Source of the DNA: a bacterium
GTDB taxonomy: Bacteria; J088; JAWLBW01
Length of the DNA: 64,000 nucleotides
Assembly: GCA_041690355.1 (NCBI GenBank)
Contig: JAWLHK010000006.1
Coordinates: forward strand, 124,001-188,000
Direction of reading: 5' to 3'
The position numbers were made by a program, and so were the translations under genes. The notes beneath the pieces were generated by a model. It made no database searches. It was given only the letters and a program-made list of their open reading frames with translations, and was not told where the DNA came from. Shown piece by piece: positions 9,295 through 19,431 of the stretch. Positions within the stretch are counted from its first letter, which is position 1, and every line of letters begins with the position of its first letter.

Positions 9295-10680
9295 ATGCCC
9301 CGGAGCATACCCGATAAAGAGCTCGACGCCGTTCTTGCCGTGGTGCGCCGGTTTCCCGGCGGCGCGACCGTATCCGAGGTCGCCTCTGGTTTTCCTGATC
9401 GCCCGCGCCGCACCCTTCAACGCTATCTTGCCCGGCTGGTCGCACAACATCAGCTTGTCGCCGAAGGCCGGGCCCGGGGCACACGGTACCGAACGCTCGA
9501 GCCATCGTTTACATACAACCTGGTGTCCATTTCGCCCATGGTGGCCGAAGAAGCCTATCCTCCGCTTTCTGCAGAGGGGCTCGCCGTTCGCGAACGGCTC
9601 AACGTGCCCTTTGCCTCCCGAAAGCCGGTTGGATACGTGCGCGCATTCCTCGATGGGTACCACCCGAATGAGACCTGGTATCTGCCCGTAGAGACGCGCC
9701 GTCGGCTTGCCGCCATGGGGGCCTCAGACGGCCGTGAACGGCCCGCGGGCACCTATGCCCGGCAGATCTACGATCGGCTGCTCATTGATTTGTCCTGGAA
9801 CTCGAGCCGCCTTGAAGGCAACACCTATTCCCTGCTCGAAACCGAACGGCTGCTCGCCGCGGGCGCGGCCGCCGAAGGAAAGGGTGTGCACGAAACCCAG
9901 ATGATCCTGAACCACAAGGCGGCGATCGAATTGCTGGTCGAACAGGCCGATGAAATCGGGTTCAACCGCTATACGATCCTGAACCTGCACGCGCTGCTGG
10001 CAGAGAACCTGCTGCACAATCCACATGCGGCAGGGCGGCTGCGGCTTATTCCGGTAGGCATCGGCGGTACCGTTTTTCAGCCGCTCGCGGTACCGCAGCA
10101 GATTGCCGAGTGCTTCGACATGATTCTGACCAAGGCCGAGGCCATTGCCGATCCTTTCGAGCAGGCGTTCTTTGCCATGGTTCACCTGCCGTATCTGCAA
10201 CCGTTCGAAGACGTCAACAAGCGGGTTTCGCGTCTGGCGGCAAACATTCCGCTCATCCGCTGCAACCTGAGCCCGCTGTCGTTCGTCGACGTTCCCGATC
10301 GGGCCTACATCGACGGGATGCTCGGCGTGTACGAGCTGAACCGCATCGAACTCCTGCGTGACGTTTTCCTGTGGGCTTACGAGCGATCGTGCGCCCAATA
10401 CGCGAACGTGCGGCAGACCCTGGGGCAGCCCGACCTGTTCCGCATGCGTTACCGCGAGCAGCTCAAGCAGGCGGTCGCCGACATCGTGCGCGCCGGACGT
10501 GACAAGCTTGGTGCAACGGCGGCAGCCCGGTTTGCCGCAGAGGCCACTGTGTTGCCGGCCGATCGAAAACACTTCGTCGACATTGTCGAAGCCGAGTTGC
10601 TCAGCCTGCACGAAGGCAACATCGCGCGTTACCGTCTGCGCCCTTCCGAGTACGAGCGCTGGAGGCAGACCTGGCAGTGA
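9295..10680 (+). CDS. Fic-domain protein with N-terminal winged HTH
   Basis: SSRLEGN inhibitory-type motif; LQPFEDVNKRVSR Fic motif variant. Confidence 0.9.
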   Translation: MPRSIPDKELDAVLAVVRRFPGGATVSEVASGFPDRPRRTLQRYLARLVAQHQLVAEGRARGTRYRTLEPSFTYNLVSISPMVAEEAYPPLSAEGLAVRERLNVPFASRKPVGYVRAFLDGYHPNETWYLPVETRRRLAAMGASDGRERPAGTYARQIYDRLLIDLSWNSSRLEGNTYSLLETERLLAAGAAAEGKGVHETQMILNHKAAIELLVEQADEIGFNRYTILNLHALLAENLLHNPHAAGRLRLIPVGIGGTVFQPLAVPQQIAECFDMILTKAEAIADPFEQAFFAMVHLPYLQPFEDVNKRVSRLAANIPLIRCNLSPLSFVDVPDRAYIDGMLGVYELNRIELLRDVFLWAYERSCAQYANVRQTLGQPDLFRMRYREQLKQAVADIVRAGRDKLGATAAARFAAEATVLPADRKHFVDIVEAELLSLHEGNIARYRLRPSEYERWRQTWQ

Positions 10681-10740
10681 CTTGAAGTTACGAGTGACGA
10701 GTCAGGCAATTGACAATTGACGATTGACGATCGACGATTT
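10676..10740. repeat. Heptamer tandem repeats (TTACGAG/GTGACGA; TTGACGA)
   Basis: Visible; same units as at 7404-7478. Confidence 0.75.
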
Positions 10741-10782
10741 ATCGGAACGTGCAACGATCATCCTGTAACCAGAGAAATCGCC

Positions 10783-11193
10783 ATGAAAATTACTGTTGAA
10801 ACGACCGTCGGCGCCCCGATCGATCAGGTCTGGCGCGCGTACACGACGCCCGAGGATATCATGCGGTGGAATGCCGCGTCTGCGGACTGGCATACGACGG
10901 CGGCCAGGGTTGAGCTGCGGGCGGGGGGTGCCTTCTGCTCGCGCATGGAGGCGAAGGATGGCAGCATGGGGTTCGACTTCGAGGGAACCTACACGAAGAT
11001 TGTTCCGCATCAGCTGATTGAATATACCTTCGGTGATCGAGAGGCGCAGGTCGAGTTTGCCGAGGCGCCTGACGGTGTCGCCGTGCGCGTGACCTTCGAC
11101 AGCGAGGAGACGCATTCCGTCGACCAGCAGCGCGACGGATGGCAGAGCATCCTCGATAACTTCAAACGGCACGTCGAAACGATGGTCCGCTGA
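10783..11193 (+). CDS. SRPBCC/AHSA1-like protein
   Basis: MKITVETTVGAPIDQVWRAYTTPEDIMRWN...MEAKDGSMGFDF...QRDGWQSILDNF. Confidence 0.9.
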   Translation: MKITVETTVGAPIDQVWRAYTTPEDIMRWNAASADWHTTAARVELRAGGAFCSRMEAKDGSMGFDFEGTYTKIVPHQLIEYTFGDREAQVEFAEAPDGVAVRVTFDSEETHSVDQQRDGWQSILDNFKRHVETMVR

Positions 11194-11219
11194 GGGCCAT
11201 CACTTACGGAGCGCGGCCG

Positions 11220-11618
11220 ATGCAAACTGAACCCTCGTTTTCTGCGGATGTTGACGCATACATCGCCGGTTTCCCGCTCGAAGTGCAGACCATCCTGCAG
11301 CGGGTCCGCGAGACCATCCGGAAAGCCGCGCCCACGGCTGAAGAGACCTTCAAGTACCAATTGCCGACGTACTACCTGAACGGCAACCTCGTACACTTCG
11401 GTGCCTTCGCAAAGCATGTGGGTTTCTACCCGGATCCTTCGGGCATCGAGGCGTTCAAGGATGAGCTTTCGGGGTATCGAATGGCGAAAGGATCCGTGCA
11501 GTTCCCGCTGGACAAACCCGTGCCGTATGACTTGATCCGCCGGATCGTGAAGTTCCGGGTCGCGGAGGCGCAGGCGAATCCGCCCGCGAAGGGGAAGCCG
11601 AAATCGCGCCCCCGATGA
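11220..11618 (+). CDS. DUF1801/YdhG-like protein
   Basis: VDAYIAGFP...RETIRKAAP...HVGFYP...KGSVQFPLDKPVPYDLI. Confidence 0.85.
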   Translation: MQTEPSFSADVDAYIAGFPLEVQTILQRVRETIRKAAPTAEETFKYQLPTYYLNGNLVHFGAFAKHVGFYPDPSGIEAFKDELSGYRMAKGSVQFPLDKPVPYDLIRRIVKFRVAEAQANPPAKGKPKSRPR

Positions 11619-11864
11619 CCTCGCGCTCCACCTGCTCATCCCCCGGAATGCCGGGAAACTGGAGGCTGCAGTGAACCCAACCCGTCACGTTCGATAAGCC
11701 TCGGCGGGCGCTCATCGCGATTCTCGCCATTCCACCCTTTGCCCCGTACCTGCCGCCCGGACTTCACGCGATTGGCGCTCCGCCGCCCGCTGCGGTAAGC
11801 TTTGGTGGAATCGCTGGGCTGCTGACTTGCCCGCCTCGCGCTCTTCCGGAAAGGGTCGCTGGGA

Positions 11865-12878
11865 ATGCTCTCGAGAAGACGAGTTCTGCTGCTGGCTGTC
11901 GTCGCATGGCTAAACCCCGCGTGCGAGTGGGAGTCTCCGAACGCCGACACTTCCAGGCACGACGCTATCCATTCGAGTGGCCAGGAAGCAAAATCCTCGA
12001 TAAGCGTTTCCTTTTCCGCCGGAAAAGTCACGGTCATCGGGGCGACGGCCGCAGCACCGGTCGAGCTTCAGAAGTGCCTGGGATCCGTCTCGGAGAACTG
12101 TGACGAGTTTACCCCCGAGACGATGATCGACAGCTCTCCATTCGTATATCTGGACGACTCCGAACCGGGCAGGGTCCACTGTTACCGGATTGGTGCTCAG
12201 ACGAAGGCGCGCTGTGCGTTGGCCCCTATGGATTCGACCGACGTCCCCGACGACGCGACTCCGGCCGATATGGATGCGGCGCAATCTCGTGTGGTCGGTT
12301 GCCTTCCGGTTATTCCCCTGGATGCCCAGGTCTTTCCGTATGCTGCATGTGGTTTTGCAGAACGCAGTGCCAGTGCAGATTCTGCAATCGCGGCGTGTCT
12401 CTACCGACTTCACAAGGCAGGGCCTGTCGTTCAAGAGGTAGTCTCCTCAGCAACCGACGCAACGCAAACGTGCTCCTTCGACACGACGGAAATGCGACAG
12501 GCGAATTACTTTATTGATTCTGATGAAGAGCTCGCCGCCTTCTGTTCCGACATCGAGATTCCGCTGGAGGGGACGTACGACGTCGCGTTGGACGACTTCG
12601 GGTATAGCTTTACGGATTCCACGTTGCTGGTCGTCCGCTGGCAGCAAGACTGGGAAGCCGTCTTCAGGGACTACCTGATTCAGGTATTCCAGATCCGGGA
12701 ATTGAGCAATCAGCGCATCATGGTGGAGGGGATCCCTACGTCGACCTACATCGGGCAAAGCTATCAACAGGCAGACGTCCCGGTGGTTTACTCTGCGGTG
12801 CTCGTTCTGCCCAAACGGCTGGCCGGGGCTGCAGTCAGTTCAATGGTTGGAACGTCGGCGCTCTGCTCGTTGGATTGA
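11865..12878 (+). CDS. Hypothetical Cys-rich secreted protein or lipoprotein
   Basis: 337-aa ORF; RRR plus hydrophobic N-terminus ending in a Cys; acidic; atypical codon usage. Confidence 0.6.
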   Translation: MLSRRRVLLLAVVAWLNPACEWESPNADTSRHDAIHSSGQEAKSSISVSFSAGKVTVIGATAAAPVELQKCLGSVSENCDEFTPETMIDSSPFVYLDDSEPGRVHCYRIGAQTKARCALAPMDSTDVPDDATPADMDAAQSRVVGCLPVIPLDAQVFPYAACGFAERSASADSAIAACLYRLHKAGPVVQEVVSSATDATQTCSFDTTEMRQANYFIDSDEELAAFCSDIEIPLEGTYDVALDDFGYSFTDSTLLVVRWQQDWEAVFRDYLIQVFQIRELSNQRIMVEGIPTSTYIGQSYQQADVPVVYSAVLVLPKRLAGAAVSSMVGTSALCSLD

Positions 12879-12885
12879 CGAAGCG

Positions 12886-13134
12886 ATGAGCGATTTCCCG
12901 CCGCAGCCGTCCAACGAAAAGAATCCGCTCGGCACCTTCGGCGGCGGCATCGCCGGTTTTCTCGTCGGCGCCTTTTTCGGAGCGGTTCTCCTGCTGGGCC
13001 TGCATGGACACGGATTTCCGCTCGTCGTGTGGATTACCGTCCCGGCAGTCGCCGGGGGGCTGGGGTACTGGTACGGCGACCGCTTTCACCTGGGGATTCT
13101 GTGGGTTATCCGCTGGATTCGCTGGGTGCCGTGA
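12886..13134 (+). CDS. Small membrane protein
   Basis: Two Gly-rich hydrophobic segments. Confidence 0.55.
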   Translation: MSDFPPQPSNEKNPLGTFGGGIAGFLVGAFFGAVLLLGLHGHGFPLVVWITVPAVAGGLGYWYGDRFHLGILWVIRWIRWVP

Positions 13135-13306
13135 GATGGCGCGGCGCCTGATGCCGCGTCGCTGACCAAGGCCGACCATCCCGCCGACAGGCGACGCAAG
13201 AGCCCCAGCGCACGCTTCGCACTGCGAACTTCGCCCCACCTGCGCTACAATGATCCGTTGACCCCGCCGTCGTGAGGACGGCCATCGCAACTCGCGGAAT
13301 GGAATC

Positions 13307-14407
13307 ATGGAAGAGCGCCTGCAGAAAATCATCGCCAACGCCGGTATCACCTCGCGCCGCAAGGCCGAAGAACTCATCACGGGCGGACGCGTCCGCGTAA
13401 ACAGCCGCGTCGTGCGCGAGCTCGGCGCCCGGGCGAACCCCGACACCGACCTCATCGAGGTCGACGGCGCGCTGATTCACCAGCCCGATAAGGTCTATTA
13501 CCTGATGCACAAGCCGCCGCAGGTCATCACGGCGCTCGAAGATCCAGAAGGGCGCACGCACCTGGGCGAGATCCTTCGCGTGAAGGAACGGGTGGTTCCC
13601 GTCGGGCGCCTCGATTACGAAAGCGAGGGGCTGCTGCTGCTCACGAACGACGGCGACATCGTCTACAAGCTCACGCACCCGAAGTACGGCGTCCAGAAGA
13701 CATACCACGTCAAGGTGAAGGGAATTCCCTCGCCGGAACAGATCGATCTGTTGCGCCGCGGCGTGACCATCGACGACCGGCGTACCGGACGCAACGAAGT
13801 CGAGTGGATGCGCAACACGCGCGGCGACGTGAACAGCTGGTGGCGCGTGACCATCAACGAAGGGATCAACCGCCAGATTCGCAAGATGTTCGATCGCATC
13901 GAGCACCCCGTACAGAAGCTGATTCGCGTGCAGGAAGGGGAGATCGATCTGGGTGACCTGCCGCGCGGCGCCGTACGCGAGCTGACGCGCGACGAGGTGC
14001 AGTACCTGCGTTCCATCGGCAAGGGGACGGCCGCCACCGAACGGGCCGCGAAGACGCTGGCGAGCCGCAGGCCGAAGACGGTGGAGCCGCGGGGGAAGGG
14101 GACGCGCGCAGAGCGTCCGTCCCGTTCTGACACGCGAGGAGACCGTCCGGCTTCCCGGGGAGACCGTCCGGCCGCACGCGGAGAGCGTCCGGCTTCCCGG
14201 GGAGACCGTCCGGCTTCCCGGGGAGACCGTCCGGCTTCACGAGGAGACCGTCCGCCAGCTCGCGGCGAACGTCCGGCGTCCCGTGGGGAGCGTCCGGCTC
14301 CCGGTGGGGAACGTGCTGCGGGGCGCGGCGAGCGCTCGCCGAAGCGCACGAGTCCCTGGCAGAAGAAGGTTGTGACCCGCAAGCCGCGCATGAAGAAAAA
14401 GAAGTAG
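13307..14407 (+). CDS. rluB: rRNA pseudouridine synthase (RluB/RsuA family) with repetitive basic C-terminal tail
   Basis: S4 domain ERLQKIIANAGITSRRKAEE; VGRLDYESEGLLLLTNDG catalytic Asp motif. Confidence 0.88.
   Translation: MEERLQKIIANAGITSRRKAEELITGGRVRVNSRVVRELGARANPDTDLIEVDGALIHQPDKVYYLMHKPPQVITALEDPEGRTHLGEILRVKERVVPVGRLDYESEGLLLLTNDGDIVYKLTHPKYGVQKTYHVKVKGIPSPEQIDLLRRGVTIDDRRTGRNEVEWMRNTRGDVNSWWRVTINEGINRQIRKMFDRIEHPVQKLIRVQEGEIDLGDLPRGAVRELTRDEVQYLRSIGKGTAATERAAKTLASRRPKTVEPRGKGTRAERPSRSDTRGDRPASRGDRPAARGERPASRGDRPASRGDRPASRGDRPPARGERPASRGERPAPGGERAAGRGERSPKRTSPWQKKVVTRKPRMKKKK
14110..14340 (+). repeat. 21-bp coding tandem repeat (RG[D/E]RPA[S/A])
   Basis: GGAGACCGTCCGGCTTCCCGG-type units repeated in frame. 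Confidence 0.9.
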
Positions 14408-14428
14408 AATGCACGGAAATCGGACAGG

Positions 14429-14508
14429 TTGACGACTGACGACTGACGACTGAAGACGGACGACTCAGGACTCTCGACTTTTGACTCTCGACTCTTGACT
14501 CTCGACTC
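14429..14508. repeat. Heptamer tandem repeats (TGACGAC)n and (GACTCTC/GACTYTT)n
   Basis: Directly visible. Confidence 0.85.
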
Positions 14509-14853
14509 ATGACTTCCGGCTCCCGCACCGTCTACTCCACCGACCCCCGCTTCTGCCCGCGCTGCAGCGGCACGCCGTGCAGGTGTGTCGGGAAGCGCAG
14601 CCTGCCGCCGGAACAGCAGACCGCCGCCATCCACTTCGAGAAGAAGGGGCGGGGCGGCAAGACCGTCTGCGTCATCCGGGGACTGCAGCTGACGGAGGAG
14701 GACCTCAAGGCGCTCGCGAAAGACCTCAAGCAGGCGTGCGGCACCGGCGGCACGGCCCGCGAGGGGACCATCGAGATCCAGGGCGATCACCGGCCGAAGC
14801 TCGCGGCCCGCCTGCAGGCGCTCGGGTACCGTACGAAGTTCGTGGGCGGCTGA
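14509..14853 (+). CDS. yciH: SUI1/YciH-family translation factor
   Basis: EKKGRGGKTV...LKQACGTGGT...IEIQGDHR. Confidence 0.9.
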   Translation: MTSGSRTVYSTDPRFCPRCSGTPCRCVGKRSLPPEQQTAAIHFEKKGRGGKTVCVIRGLQLTEEDLKALAKDLKQACGTGGTAREGTIEIQGDHRPKLAARLQALGYRTKFVGG

Positions 14854-14956
14854 ACGCTCGGCGGGCGTAGCCGGAAAAATCGGGTTCTCCTTCACCGCAT
14901 CTGCCCTGCATTGGGTAGAATATGGTCCTTTCCCTTTTCCGGAGTCAGGACGCATC

Positions 14957-15856
14957 ATGCAGAGCCCGATCCAGCAGGCCCTTTCGGCCCAGGCCGGCAT
15001 TCTCGCGAACCCCGCCGAATTCGGCCGGGTCATGACCTTCAGGCTGCGCGCCGACGCCACGCCAGAGGAGCTTCTGAAGCGGCTCGCGCAGGGTTTCGAT
15101 CCCGCCTGGGGGGTGGTGGGCCTGGGACATCCGCTGACCGAGGCGCTGGGGAGAACCGTTCCCGGTCTGCGACCGTTCGCGGCCCTGGCGAACGGCTCGC
15201 TGCGCGCGCCGGCGACCCAGGAGGCTCTGTGGATCAACCTGCTCGGCAGCGATCGGGGGTGCGTCTTCGATCGCAGCGAACGGGTGCGCGAGCTCCTCGA
15301 AAGCTGCGCCGAAGCCGTCGACGTCATGGATACCTTTCTGTACGAAGGGGGGCGTGACCTGACCGGCTACGAAGACGGCACCGAGAATCCCCAAGAAGAA
15401 GCCGCCGTCGAGGCCGCCCTGATCCCGCGCGGCGAGGGGCTCGCAGGCTCGAGCTTCGTCGCGGTGCAGCGGTGGCAGCACGATCTCGCGCGCTTCCGCT
15501 CCTTTCCCCGGGAGCAGCAGGATGACACCATCGGCCGGCGGCAGGATACCAACGAGGAATTCGAAGAAGCGCCCGAGACCGCGCACGTCAAGCGCACGGC
15601 GCAGGAAAGCTACGATCCGCCGGCCTTCGTCGTGCGCCGCTCGCACCCCTGGGCCGAGGGAACCCGCCGCGGCCTGGAATTCATCGCCTATGGGGAATCG
15701 CTCGATCGCTTCGAGCGCATCCTGCGCCGCATGCTCGGTCTCGAAGACAGCACCGTCGACGCACTTTTCGACTTCACGCGCCCGGTGACCGGCGGGTATT
15801 ACTGGTGTCCGCCGCTCAAGGGAGAAGCGCTCGATCTGTCGGTGCTTTTCGCCTGA
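14957..15856 (+). CDS. Dyp-type peroxidase
   Basis: RDLTGYEDGTENP (GxxDG), AHVKRTAQ, VVRRS, TGGYYWCP. Confidence 0.92.
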   Translation: MQSPIQQALSAQAGILANPAEFGRVMTFRLRADATPEELLKRLAQGFDPAWGVVGLGHPLTEALGRTVPGLRPFAALANGSLRAPATQEALWINLLGSDRGCVFDRSERVRELLESCAEAVDVMDTFLYEGGRDLTGYEDGTENPQEEAAVEAALIPRGEGLAGSSFVAVQRWQHDLARFRSFPREQQDDTIGRRQDTNEEFEEAPETAHVKRTAQESYDPPAFVVRRSHPWAEGTRRGLEFIAYGESLDRFERILRRMLGLEDSTVDALFDFTRPVTGGYYWCPPLKGEALDLSVLFA

Positions 15857-15868
15857 GGGGAGATTCGG

Positions 15869-16099
15869 TCACTCTTCGCCCGGTTTGCGCTTCTGTTTCT
15901 CCCGGGTGCGGAACCAGGAGCCCAGTCCGCCCGCAATCATGGCGGCGAGCACCAGCAGCACGACCACGAGGATGCCCAGGTTGCCCGGCCCGCTGCCGTA
16001 GCGGAACATGGGAATGAGCAGACCGGCGACCACGACGATCAGCGAGGCCAGGGCGAGAAAGGCGATGAGGCCCCAGGTCTGTCGGCTCGAGGTGCGCAT
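15869..16099 (-). CDS. Small two-TM membrane protein
   Basis: Two hydrophobic helices and a basic tail. Confidence 0.6.
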   Translation of the reverse strand: MRTSSRQTWGLIAFLALASLIVVVAGLLIPMFRYGSGPGNLGILVVVLLVLAAMIAGGLGSWFRTREKQKRKPGEE

Positions 16100-16105
16100 A
16101 CCGTA

Positions 16106-16474
16106 CTATTCCTTCCCCTCGTCGGAACCCGGTTTGCGCTCGGGTTCGCCGCCGCGCGCATAACGCCAGTTGGCCTCGTCTTCGCGGATGTGGCCGGGTT
16201 CCCAGTCGATCGGCCCGCCGGCGTCGTGTTCGGCCCCCGGCGCTTTCCGGGTGAAGCGGGCCGGCGGCTCCGTGCCGCTCTCGGCCGTGAAGCCGATGCG
16301 GGCCGCCCAGAGGGCGAAGACGAGCACGACCAGGGCGACGATGCTCCCGACGACGACGAAAAGGCCGCGTCCGGCGAACATCGAGGGGATGACGACGCCG
16401 AGAAAGATGAGGAACGCGAGGCCGACGAAAACCCACGCCGTGGTGCGCGCCCGTTCCTGTCTTGTGGCTGCCAT
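16106..16474 (-). CDS. Small two-TM membrane protein
   Basis: Two hydrophobic helices and a polar C-terminus; 6 bp from the next gene. Confidence 0.6.
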   Translation of the reverse strand: MAATRQERARTTAWVFVGLAFLIFLGVVIPSMFAGRGLFVVVGSIVALVVLVFALWAARIGFTAESGTEPPARFTRKAPGAEHDAGGPIDWEPGHIREDEANWRYARGGEPERKPGSDEGKE

Positions 16475-16693
16475 GGGGTCATCGTGACCCGCGGGCGCGC
16501 CGCGAGCGAGTGTCGGTGGCTGCCTTGTCGGCCGCTTCAGACCTCCCTGTTGTTCCTCGAAGGCTCCCGAAGGGAGCCCCGCCGACCGAATCCGCCCGCA
16601 ACCGTTCTGCCATCTCTGCGCAGCGCTGCACGGGCCTCCGCTTCGCGAAGGCGGAGGGGCCAGGCGGGTTGCTCCCGCCTGGGAAAGGCGGTC

Positions 16694-17557
16694 TCACCGT
16701 TCGGCCAGGAACTCCGGGCGGGGATTCGGCGCGGCAAAGGGTTGCACGAGCCGGTTCTCGACGCTGTTGTAGACGAAGAAGACGTTGCTGCGGGGGAAGG
16801 GGCTGATGTTGCTTCCCGAGCCATGCAGCAGGTTGCAGTCGAAGAAGAGCACCGACCCGGCCGGTCCCTTCGGCACCGCGTATCCGTGGGCGTTGATGAG
16901 ACGCGTCAGGCTCTCGTCGTCGGGGACGCCGTACTCCTGCCTGCGCAGCGACGCCCGGTAATGATCGGGGGGCGTGGCGCCGACGCAGGAGACGAAGGTG
17001 CGGTGCGATCCGGGCACGACCATGAGGGCGCCGTTGATGTCGTTGTTTTCGGTCAGCAGAATCGAGCAGCTGATACAGCGCATGCGCGGCATGCCGTCTT
17101 CGGCGTGCCAGGTTTCGAAATCCGAGTGCCAGTAGAACTCCTTGCCGCGGAATCCGGGTTTGTAGTTGATACGCGACTGGTGAACATAGACGTCGCTGTC
17201 GAGCAGCTGGCGCACCGGATCGACAAAGCGCGCATCCCGGCTGAGAGCCTCATAAACGCCGCCGTCGCGGTGGATGCGGAATACGGAGCGGATCTCCCGG
17301 CTCTCGGGTTCGATGACGACCTCGGGGCGATTCTCGTTGTCCGGCCGCGCCTGCAGCCGGCGCAGCTCCTCCAGCAGGGATTGCACTTCGCCCGCGCCGA
17401 GCAGTCCCGGGAGAAACAGGTATCCGTTACGGTCGAAGGATTCAACCTGATCCCGGTCGAGCCGCCCGCCGGCGGGGCCGTAGACGACCGGGTCTTCCCG
17501 CTGGAGCATCATGGGGTGATCGGTGAGGCGGGTCGGATAACTGTCGGTGGCAAGCAT
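16694..17557 (-). CDS. ectD: Ectoine hydroxylase
   Basis: FYWHSDFETWHAEDGMP signature; LLHGSGSNISPFPRSN. Confidence 0.96.
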   Translation of the reverse strand: MLATDSYPTRLTDHPMMLQREDPVVYGPAGGRLDRDQVESFDRNGYLFLPGLLGAGEVQSLLEELRRLQARPDNENRPEVVIEPESREIRSVFRIHRDGGVYEALSRDARFVDPVRQLLDSDVYVHQSRINYKPGFRGKEFYWHSDFETWHAEDGMPRMRCISCSILLTENNDINGALMVVPGSHRTFVSCVGATPPDHYRASLRRQEYGVPDDESLTRLINAHGYAVPKGPAGSVLFFDCNLLHGSGSNISPFPRSNVFFVYNSVENRLVQPFAAPNPRPEFLAER

Positions 17558-17731
17558 ACTGGTCAGGGGTTCTCCTTTGGAATGTGGGCGGCCCTTGATC
17601 GGCCGCATGGGCAAATGGGGGAATGTCCAATGCCCGATGCCCGGCTTTCCCCTGGCGAGCAGGGGAAGTCGGGTTCGGTATTTGGTTCTTGTCTGCCGAC
17701 GTCCGCCGTCCGCCGTCTGACGTCCGATCGG

Positions 17732-18118
17732 TCAGGCTTCGACGAGCGGATAGACCCCGTCTTCGTCGTGCACCTCGGTTCCCGTCAGGGCCGGGGTGAA
17801 GACGCAGATCATCCGCATGTCGGTCTTGGCGCGAAGCAGGTGCTTCTCGTGGCCGTTCAGGCCGTAGAGGGTTCCGTCGCGGATCGCGTACTTCGTGCCG
17901 TCGGGAACGAGTTCGACCTCGCCCTCGCCGGCAACGCAGTAGACTGCTTCGAGGTGGTTCTTGTACCAGATGAAGGTTTCGGTGCCCGCCCGGATGAGCG
18001 TGTCGTGCATGGAAAAGCCCATGCCGTCCTTGCGCAGCAGCAGCCGGCGGCTTGCCCAGTTGGGGGTATCGACGTCGCGGTCGGTGCCGAGGATCTCGTC
18101 TTTCGTGCGTACGATCAT
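17732..18118 (-). CDS. ectC: Ectoine synthase
   Basis: WASRRLLLRKDGMGFSMHDT...WYKNHLEAVYC...EVHDEDGVY; AGGAGG RBS. Confidence 0.96.
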   Translation of the reverse strand: MIVRTKDEILGTDRDVDTPNWASRRLLLRKDGMGFSMHDTLIRAGTETFIWYKNHLEAVYCVAGEGEVELVPDGTKYAIRDGTLYGLNGHEKHLLRAKTDMRMICVFTPALTGTEVHDEDGVYPLVEA

Positions 18119-18129
18119 GGCAATCCTCC

Positions 18130-19431
18130 TTACGCCGGTACCGACTCGGCGGTAAGCCCCTCGGACTCGAGCACCGCTTCGATGCTCTGACGCAGGATGT
18201 CGAACCCCTGGCGCAGCAGGGTGTCGTCGATGACCAGCGCCGGCAGCAGCTTGAAGACCTTGCTCTCGGGCCCGGCCGTCTCGATGATGAGCCCGCGCTC
18301 GAAGGCGGCGTGGCAGATCTTGGCCGACAGTCCGTCGACGGCGCACTCGATCCCCTGGATGAGCCCCCGCCCGCGCACGGTTCCGTGCAGCTCGGGATAG
18401 CGCTTGACGGTGTCGGTCAGAAATTCGCGAACCAGCTCTCCCTTGCGGGCGGTCTCTTCGGCCAGTTCGCCATCCTTCCAGAAGGTATTCAGCGCGGCGG
18501 TCGCCGTGACGAAGGCCGGGTTGTTGCCGCGGAAGGTGCCGTTGTGCTCGCCCGGCTCCCAGAGGTCGTGTTCGGGGCGGATGAGCGTGAGCGCCATGGG
18601 CAGGCCGTAGCCGCTCAGCGACTTCGACAGGCAGATGATGTCGGGGTTGAGCCCGATTTCTTCGAAGCTGAAGAAGGTGCCCGTGCGCCCGCAGCCGACC
18701 TGGATATCGTCGACGATGAGCAGCATGTCGTGGCGGCGGCAGAGCTGTTCGAGCCGGCGCAGCCACTCGGCGCTGGCTACGTTGATGCCCCCCTCGGCCT
18801 GTACCGTCTCGATGATGGCGGCGGCCGGAAAGTCGACGCCGCTGCCCGAGTCGCTCAGCAGGCGATCCATGTATTCGATCGTATCGGTGCCGTCTTCGAA
18901 GTAGCCGTCGAAGGGCATGGTGAGGGCCATGGTCAGGTCGACGCCGGCGCCGCTGCGCTTGAACGCATTGCCGGTGACCGACAGCGAGCCGAGGGTCATG
19001 CCGTGAAAGGCGTTCGTGAACGAGAGCATTTTGCTGCGGCCGGTGATCTTACGGGCCAGCTTCATGGCCGCTTCGACGGCGTTCGTACCCGTCGGGCCCG
19101 GAAACTGAAGCTTGTACTGCATGTCCCGGGGCTGAAGGATGACCTTCTGAAACGTCTCGATGAACGCCCGCTTGGCCGAGGTGGCCATGTCGAGCGCATG
19201 CGTGATGCCGTCTTCCTGGATGTAACGGAGGAGGGCATCCTTGAGAACCGGGTGGTTGTGGCCGTAGTTCAGGGCGCCGGCGCCGGCGAAGAAGTCGATG
19301 TATTCGCGGCCTTCTTCGTCGACGAGCCAGCAACCGCGCGAGGTCTTGAATACCGTGGGAAACGAGCGGCAGTACCCTCGAACGTTCGACTCGAACGTCT
19401 CGAAGGTGGTCGTACTGTTGCTATCCGTCAT
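18130..19431 (-). CDS. ectB: Diaminobutyrate-2-oxoglutarate transaminase
   Basis: [49 protein letters not shown]; start chosen from the GGAG RBS. Confidence 0.96.
   Translation of the reverse strand: MTDSNSTTTFETFESNVRGYCRSFPTVFKTSRGCWLVDEEGREYIDFFAGAGALNYGHNHPVLKDALLRYIQEDGITHALDMATSAKRAFIETFQKVILQPRDMQYKLQFPGPTGTNAVEAAMKLARKITGRSKMLSFTNAFHGMTLGSLSVTGNAFKRSGAGVDLTMALTMPFDGYFEDGTDTIEYMDRLLSDSGSGVDFPAAAIIETVQAEGGINVASAEWLRRLEQLCRRHDMLLIVDDIQVGCGRTGTFFSFEEIGLNPDIICLSKSLSGYGLPMALTLIRPEHDLWEPGEHNGTFRGNNPAFVTATAALNTFWKDGELAEETARKGELVREFLTDTVKRYPELHGTVRGRGLIQGIECAVDGLSAKICHAAFERGLIIETAGPESKVFKLLPALVIDDTLLRQGFDILRQSIEAVLESEGLTAESVPA

Noticed and set aside
14130-14260. RGD integrin-binding motifs in the pseudouridine synthase tail
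   Set aside because: Cytoplasmic enzyme; RGD and RGE alternate as part of a low-complexity repeat.
14957-15856. Encapsulin cargo Dyp
   Set aside because: No encapsulin gene nearby and no clear C-terminal targeting peptide.
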